64,000 nucleotides of DNA, from contig NZ_BAABFP010000005.1 in NCBI RefSeq assembly GCF_039541115.1, positions 248,001 through 312,000 of the forward strand, written 5' to 3'. The DNA is from Angustibacter luteus (lineage in GTDB: Bacteria > Actinomycetota > Actinomycetes > Actinomycetales > Angustibacteraceae). This document shows positions 58,810 to 64,000 of the stretch, piece after piece. The notes under the pieces were generated by a model. It had not been told where the DNA came from. It searched no databases and saw nothing but the letters and a program-made list of their open reading frames with translations. A program made the position numbers and the translations under genes. Each line of letters begins with the position of its first letter. The first letter of the stretch is position 1.

Positions 58810-58866
58810 TTGTCCACAGATCCGTTGCGGGACAGGCATTCTGTCGGTGGTCGCGCGTAGGTTCGA
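58810..58866 (+). promoter_or_regulatory. PafBC/RecA-NDp leaderless promoter of the HNH gene, with an upstream DnaA-box-like 9-mer
   Basis: TGTCGGtg-N8-TAGGTT at 58842-58863, 6 nt before ATG 58870. TTGTCCACA at 58810-58818. Confidence 0.7.
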
Positions 58867-58869
58867 GGC

Positions 58870-60240
58870 ATGTCATCCAGCCCGGTCGCACCCGCCAGCG
58901 AGGCGTCCGCCGCGCTGGTGCAGGTGCTGGCCGGGCTGGGCCGGCTGGCCGCGGTGGAGTCCTGGCAGGTCTCGGACGACGACCTCGCGGGTGCGGTGGC
59001 GGCGCTCGACCGGGTGACCCGCCTGGCCCAGGCCCACGGCACGCGACTGCTGGCCGAGGCCGGCTCACGAGGGCTGCCCGGCCAGGCCGGGCACGCCCGG
59101 CTGGAGCACTGGCTGTCGGCGCAGCTGCCGACGACGAACCCGCGAGCCGCAGCCGCTCAGGCGCGGCGGGCCGAGCGGCTGTTCACCTCCGCCGTGGCGG
59201 CCGAGCTCGGGCCGACACGCGAGGCCCTCTTGGCCGGGGCGCTCTCGGTGGAGCAGGCGGACGTGGTTGCCGGCACGGTCGAGGCGCTCGTCCCGCCCGC
59301 CCTGCCGGCGGGCGTGGTCCCGGACGTCGCGGTCTGCGAGGGCCAGGCGTTCCTCATCGAGCAGGCGGCGCACTTCGACCCGTTGCGGCTCCGCCGGTTG
59401 GCCACCTACCTGCGGCACCGCCTCGACCCCGACGCCGACGAGCGGCTAGCCCACGACGAGGACGCCCAGACCAGAGCCCGGGCGCTGACCCTCGCCAGCA
59501 CCTCGTCGGGGATGGTGCACGTCGAGGGACTGCTCACCCAGGTGTGCGGCGCCGCCCTGCGGACGGCCCTCGACGCGTGGACGGCACCGCAACCCGCCGC
59601 CGTCGGCGCCCCTGACCCCAGGTCGGCCGCGCAACGACGGCACGACGGCCTCCAGCACCTTGCCGAGCGGGCCATCGCCGCTCCCGAGCTGCTCCCGACG
59701 ACGCACGGCAGTCCCTATCGAGTCGTTGTGACGGTCCCGCACGAGACGCTGGCCGCGGCTGTCGTCGGCGCCAAGGTCACGGGCTTGGCGCCCGCGACGA
59801 TGCCCGACGGCACCGCGCTCAGCTCCACCACCCTGGCCACCCTCACCTGCACCGCCGACCTCCTCCCCGTCGTGATCGACGGCGTGGGCAACCCGCTGGA
59901 CGTCGGCCGCACGCAGCGCTCGTTCACCGCGAGGCAGCGGCACGCCCTCTCAGTGCGCGACCGCGGCTGCACCTGGCCGGGCTGCGGCGCGCCACCCGAG
60001 TGGACAGATGCGCACCACCTGCAGCCCTGGTCGGACGGCGGCTCCACCGACCTCGACAACGCCGCCCTGCTCTGCGGCCACCATCACCGCTACGTGCATC
60101 GCACCAGCCAGACCGGTCGCCTCGTCGACGGCGAAGGGCACTGGGACACCGGCCCACCGCGCGACCGCCCGCCGCATCCCACCATCACCCGAGCCACCCG
60201 ACTTCTCGACGCCCTCGCACGCCGATGGCGCACGCCCTGA
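58870..60240 (+). CDS. DUF222 (13E12 repeat family) HNH endonuclease-domain protein
   Basis: DPRSAAQRRHDGL, LDVGRTQR.F, RDRGCTWPGC, DAHH...W.DGG.TDLDN..LLC..HH motifs. Confidence 0.92.
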   Translation: MSSSPVAPASEASAALVQVLAGLGRLAAVESWQVSDDDLAGAVAALDRVTRLAQAHGTRLLAEAGSRGLPGQAGHARLEHWLSAQLPTTNPRAAAAQARRAERLFTSAVAAELGPTREALLAGALSVEQADVVAGTVEALVPPALPAGVVPDVAVCEGQAFLIEQAAHFDPLRLRRLATYLRHRLDPDADERLAHDEDAQTRARALTLASTSSGMVHVEGLLTQVCGAALRTALDAWTAPQPAAVGAPDPRSAAQRRHDGLQHLAERAIAAPELLPTTHGSPYRVVVTVPHETLAAAVVGAKVTGLAPATMPDGTALSSTTLATLTCTADLLPVVIDGVGNPLDVGRTQRSFTARQRHALSVRDRGCTWPGCGAPPEWTDAHHLQPWSDGGSTDLDNAALLCGHHHRYVHRTSQTGRLVDGEGHWDTGPPRDRPPHPTITRATRLLDALARRWRTP

Positions 60241-60334
60241 GGGCAGAACAGGGACCCCTTGGCGGCGCTGCTGCGCCGCGCCGACGATCGTCGATCGAGG
60301 ACCCAGCGTGGGCGGCGGAACCCGGCGGGCGGCG

Positions 60335-61207
60335 TCAAACGAGCTTGCGAGAGCCGCCCAGAGGGTTCCGCCGACCACGCGTCACCGAGCCCACCCAACC
60401 CGGCACCAACACGACCTTCTCCAGCGGCAGGAACGCCAACAGGCAGATGACGAGCGGCAGGAAGTGGATCTTCAGCAGCAGGTAGGTCGTGAGGTGGAAG
60501 CCACTGAAGATCGCGATCGCCAGGTAGAGCGCCCTGTCGCGCAGGAACAGCAGGATCGGCGAGAGCGTCTCGAGGATGATCAGCGCCCACTGCGAGGCGA
60601 CGACCGCCCACGGCCAGCGCAGCAGCTGGTCGGCGAGGGAGGTTCCGCGGCGGACGAACGCCCAGGTGAAGATGGCGCTGTTCGGCCAGCCCCACCCGCC
60701 GAAGCGAATCTTCGCGACGGCCGAGAGGAAGTACGTCGCCACGACGCCGACCTGGATGCACCGCAACGCCCAGCCGGCGGCCTCGCTGACCCCGGTGTCC
60801 CGCCAGCGAGCCCGCCCGACCGTCGGCAGCACCAGCAGCGCGATCATCAGCGCGGTGTGGTCGTGGTCGATCTTCCCGTAGGAGAAGTTGTTGGAGACCC
60901 AGTCGAGCATCCCGGCGGCGCACACCCACCCGGCCAGTCTCGGCAGCCGCCCGGCCGCGGCGACCAGCGCGCTCACCACGATCACGAGGGCCAGCACCCG
61001 CACGTAGTCGTGGCTGGGCGCGGGCAGGTGGAACAGCGTGCGGATGCCCAGCGGCTTGTACAGCTGCTCGGGCGCGTCGCCGTGCGACCAGGCGCCGTTG
61101 GAGATCTTCCACATGTCGAACAGCACGAACAGGTAGATGGCGGTGCGCAGCACGGCCACCCGGGCCAGCGGCACCTCCGGCGCGGCCCAGCGTCGCAGCG
61201 CGTTCAC
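60335..61207 (-). CDS. HTTM-like membrane protein (copy 2)
   Basis: RVAVLR, YGKIDHD, TYFLSAVAKIRFGG.GW, LETL and FH motifs. GTGA coupling; clear paralogue of 61668-62534. Confidence 0.8.
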   Translation of the reverse strand: MNALRRWAAPEVPLARVAVLRTAIYLFVLFDMWKISNGAWSHGDAPEQLYKPLGIRTLFHLPAPSHDYVRVLALVIVVSALVAAAGRLPRLAGWVCAAGMLDWVSNNFSYGKIDHDHTALMIALLVLPTVGRARWRDTGVSEAAGWALRCIQVGVVATYFLSAVAKIRFGGWGWPNSAIFTWAFVRRGTSLADQLLRWPWAVVASQWALIILETLSPILLFLRDRALYLAIAIFSGFHLTTYLLLKIHFLPLVICLLAFLPLEKVVLVPGWVGSVTRGRRNPLGGSRKLV

Positions 61208-61671
61208 GGCGTCCCGGCCAGGGGCTGCGGGTCGAGGGGGTCCACGACAGTCCAGGTCGCCAGCACCTCGTGCGTCGTCCCCGCGACCCGGCCGTCGTGC
61301 AGGTGCGTGACGTCGTCCACCAGCCGGACCTCGCGGTACCGCGGCCACTCCGGGTGCCGGCGGGCCGCGGCGACCGCGATGTCCTGCAGTCGTGCCGGGT
61401 CCGCCTGGATGAGTTTCGCCTGGTCCTCGATCTCGGCTCTCCGCAGCCCGACGCCGCCGGGGGTGAGCGGAACCCGCACCGTGTCGCCGTCCACCGTGAC
61501 CGCCTCGACACCGGGGGAGTTGACCTGCCCGTCGTCCGGTACCGAGAACGCGTACTGGCCCATCGACCCGAACGGCCACTCGCGGTCGCTGCCGACTAGC
61601 GTGCCCAGCAGCAGGGCGACCGAACCGACGAGCAGCAGGGTGAGCCGCCAGGCGTAGGAGGCCCTGCTCAC
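61204..61671 (-). CDS. Small membrane-anchored partner protein (copy 2)
   Basis: One TM helix, then D.EWPFGSMGQYA and VGL.RAEIE motifs; paralogue of 62531-63007. Confidence 0.78.
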   Translation of the reverse strand: MSRASYAWRLTLLLVGSVALLLGTLVGSDREWPFGSMGQYAFSVPDDGQVNSPGVEAVTVDGDTVRVPLTPGGVGLRRAEIEDQAKLIQADPARLQDIAVAAARRHPEWPRYREVRLVDDVTHLHDGRVAGTTHEVLATWTVVDPLDPQPLAGTP

Positions 61672-62534
61672 GGGGCCGGGACGTCGTCCGGGGCCGCCGT
61701 CGCGCGTCGCGCACGCCACCAGGCGAACAGCCGGTCGCGATACTCCTCCAGCGGCAGGAAGGCCAGCAGCATCACCAGGTGCGGCCAGAAGGCGATGGTG
61801 ATGGCGGAGTAGGTGGCCGCGTGGAACAGGTACCAGCCCAGCACCATGAGCCGACGCCAGCGCTCGGGCACGAAGAAGATCGTCCAGGACAGCAGCTCGG
61901 CGGCCATGATCAGCCACTGGCTCAGGTGCAGCAGCCACGGCACGTGCAGCAGCTGCTCGCCGAGCGGGGTGCCCCGGCGGACGACGGCGCGCGCCAGCGT
62001 CGCCGAGTTCACCCACTCGGGGCCGCCGAACCGCAGCTTGGCCACACCGGACAGGACGTACGTCGCGATGGCCCCGAGCTGGACGGCCCGGATCGCGAAG
62101 CCGGCCGCCTCGCTGAGCCGCTTGTCGTGCAGGTGCGCCGTGCCCACGGTCGGCAGCAGCAGCAGGGCGAGGATGAAGTCGCCGCGGTCGTGGTCGACCT
62201 TGCCGTAGGCGAACGCGACGTACTGGTACCAGGCCCAGGTCAGGGCCACGAACCACCCGGCCGCCCGCGGGTAGCGCCCGGTCATGGCGACGAGTGCGCC
62301 GACGACCGAACCCCACTTGAGCAGCTCGACGAGTAGCACCGTCGCGGCCGGCAGGTGGAAGATCGTCCCGATGTGCAGCGGCTCGTACCAGACCGGGTCG
62401 GCGTAGCCGTGGTACCAGCCGGACGTGTGCAGGAACACGACGTCGACGATCACGAACGCGTAGACCGCGAGCCGCAGCAGGGCCACCCGCTCCAGCGGCA
62501 TGGGGGCGAACAGCCACCCGCGCAGCCGGTTCAC
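61668..62534 (-). CDS. HTTM-like membrane protein (copy 1)
   Basis: RVALLR, YGKVDHD, TYVLSGVAKLRFGG.EW, AELL and FH motifs. Confidence 0.8.
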   Translation of the reverse strand: MNRLRGWLFAPMPLERVALLRLAVYAFVIVDVVFLHTSGWYHGYADPVWYEPLHIGTIFHLPAATVLLVELLKWGSVVGALVAMTGRYPRAAGWFVALTWAWYQYVAFAYGKVDHDRGDFILALLLLPTVGTAHLHDKRLSEAAGFAIRAVQLGAIATYVLSGVAKLRFGGPEWVNSATLARAVVRRGTPLGEQLLHVPWLLHLSQWLIMAAELLSWTIFFVPERWRRLMVLGWYLFHAATYSAITIAFWPHLVMLLAFLPLEEYRDRLFAWWRARRATAAPDDVPAP

Positions 62535-63007
62535 GAGCCGGCCTGCCAGACGGCGATCTCGGTCTCGCGGACCTCACCGGTGGGGACGCGGTCCGCCAGC
62601 ACGGTCTCGCGGCGCAGCAGCCGGACGGCGGACCACGGCTCGTCGTGCGGGCGCAGCCGGGCGTGGCTCGCGGCGAGGGTGCCGAGCATCGCGGGGTGGG
62701 CCTCGATCTGCCCGCTGCGACCCTCGACCTCGGCCCGGTTCAGCCCGATGGACGACGGGCTCAGGCCGACGTCGTGCCAGGCCGGGTCGGACTCGGTGCG
62801 GACCTGCACGGCGAACGCGATCACGGAGCCGGACGGCGCCGACGACGTCGCGAACATCCGCCAGGGCCCGAACGGCCACCAGTCGTCCTGACCGACCACG
62901 GAGCCGGCGAGGAACAGCAGGGAGAGGCCGCCGAGCACGCCGACCCGCCACGCACGACGACCAGGGCTCAGCCGAAGCGTCTCGTCGGCAGCCAGGCGGG
63001 TTCGCAC
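62531..63007 (-). CDS. Small membrane-anchored partner protein (copy 1)
   Basis: One TM helix, then DDWWPFGPWRMFA and IGLNRAEVE motifs. GTG lies 6 nt after TAGCAT. Confidence 0.78.
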   Translation of the reverse strand: MRTRLAADETLRLSPGRRAWRVGVLGGLSLLFLAGSVVGQDDWWPFGPWRMFATSSAPSGSVIAFAVQVRTESDPAWHDVGLSPSSIGLNRAEVEGRSGQIEAHPAMLGTLAASHARLRPHDEPWSAVRLLRRETVLADRVPTGEVRETEIAVWQAGS

Positions 63008-63016
63008 CCGCCGATG

Positions 63017-64000
63017 CTAACCGTGCGCCGGGGTGTGGACCGGCGCATCCGCGCTGTCGGCGAGTATCCGTTCGGCCACGTTCGCGGGCACCGGATCGTG
63101 GCGCACGTAACCCCGAGTAAACACGCCGGTACCGTGCGCGACCGACCGCAGCTCGATGGCGTACCGGGCCAGCGACGTCGCCGGGACGTCGGCGCGCACG
63201 GTGCTGCGCCCGTTCCCCAGCGGCTCGGTGCCGGTCACCCGCCCCCGCCGCGACGACAGGTCCGTCATCACGGCGCCCACGTACTCGTCGTCCACCGTGA
63301 TCTCCACCTCGTCCACCGGCTCGAGCAGCCGCAGCCCCGAGGCTGCGGCGTCCTCCAGCGCCAACCCGCCGGCCTGCGCGAACGCCGCGTCGCTGGAGTC
63401 GACCGAGTGCGACTTCCCGCCGGTCAGGGTGACGCGGACGTCCGTCAGCGGGTAGCCGGCCATCAGGCCGCGCTCGGCCCGGGCCCGCACACCCTTCTCC
63501 ACGCTCGAGATGTACTGCCGCGGCACGGATCCGCCGACGACCTTGTCGACGAACTCCAGCCCGCTGCCCGGGGGCAGCGGCTCGACGTCGATCTCGCACA
63601 CCGCGAACTGCCCGTGCCCGCCGCTCTGCTTGACCAGCCGGCCCCGCCCGGTGCCGGCCGACTGGAACGTCTCGCGCAGCGATACCCGGTGCGCGATGGC
63701 CTCGACCTGGACGCCGTAGCGGTCCTTGAGCCGGTCCAGCACGAGCGCGACGTGCGCCTCACCCATCGCCCACAGCACCAGCTGCTGGGTCTTGGGGTCG
63801 TGCTCGATCCGGACGGTCGCGTCCTCCACGGTGAGCCGGCCGAGAGACTCCGCCATCTTCTCCTCGTCCGACGGCGAGGCGGCCCGGATCGCCACGGGCA
63901 GCAAGGGTTCGGGCAGTACCCACGGCTCGATCAGCAACGGGTTGTCGATGTCGGACAACGTGTCGCTGGTCTCCGCCCGGGTCAGCCGAGCCACCGTGCA
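63017..64000 (-). CDS. Elongation factor G-like protein EF-G2, C-terminal part; start lies beyond the window
   Basis: MGEAH, LRET, KQSGGHGQFA, GKSHSVDSSDAAF, LLEPV and DLSSRRGRV motifs (domains III-V, divergent from canonical FusA). Confidence 0.9.
   Translation of the reverse strand, partial: CTVARLTRAETSDTLSDIDNPLLIEPWVLPEPLLPVAIRAASPSDEEKMAESLGRLTVEDATVRIEHDPKTQQLVLWAMGEAHVALVLDRLKDRYGVQVEAIAHRVSLRETFQSAGTGRGRLVKQSGGHGQFAVCEIDVEPLPPGSGLEFVDKVVGGSVPRQYISSVEKGVRARAERGLMAGYPLTDVRVTLTGGKSHSVDSSDAAFAQAGGLALEDAAASGLRLLEPVDEVEITVDDEYVGAVMTDLSSRRGRVTGTEPLGNGRSTVRADVPATSLARYAIELRSVAHGTGVFTRGYVRHDPVPANVAERILADSADAPVHTPAHG

Noticed and set aside
58870..60240. HNH gene as an RNA-guided nuclease (IscB/Cas9) or IS transposase
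   Set aside because: No RuvC or DDE motifs and no terminal inverted repeats; typical DUF222 architecture.
63017..64000. Canonical fusA
   Set aside because: Divergent domain IV/V motifs, no tuf gene downstream, and the position near thrS/HIT fits EF-G2.

Overview
High-GC actinobacterial chromosomal segment. Gene order recalls the conserved Streptomyces-type regions, but the organism cannot be identified from this window alone. Left half: fadB (partial)-thiolase, RNase D, a WhiI-like orphan response regulator with a sigma-28/WhiG-type promoter, the coproporphyrin-dependent haem genes hemE/hemY/hemQ, msrB, a secreted nuclease, a GH55 glucanase, Prim-PolC and LigC, zapE, and glgX-treY-(ppk2)-treZ. 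Middle: yihY, an rsgA paralogue with a candidate leader peptide, and tRNA-Gly/Cys/Val. After the tRNAs lies an integrase-less accessory block: a LacI-controlled GH130/ABC sugar locus with three visible operators, two Gfo/Idh/MocA dehydrogenases, an Eis-like acetyltransferase, a QExxH peptidase-like repeat protein and a PG-binding protein. Right: pabB/pabC-like genes, ssgB, tRNA-Val, a two-component cassette, MOSC, thrS, HIT, a DUF222-HNH gene, a tandemly duplicated two-gene HTTM (gamma-carboxylase/SdpAB-like) module and EF-G2 (partial). Best leads: the duplicated split HTTM module, the QExxH repeat protein, four PafBC/RecA-NDp-type promoters, the rsgA uORF and the uncharacterised secreted protein in the GH130 locus. 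All family calls are from motif recognition by eye, with no database searches. Many start codons were moved relative to the ORF track using RBS or leaderless -10 evidence.
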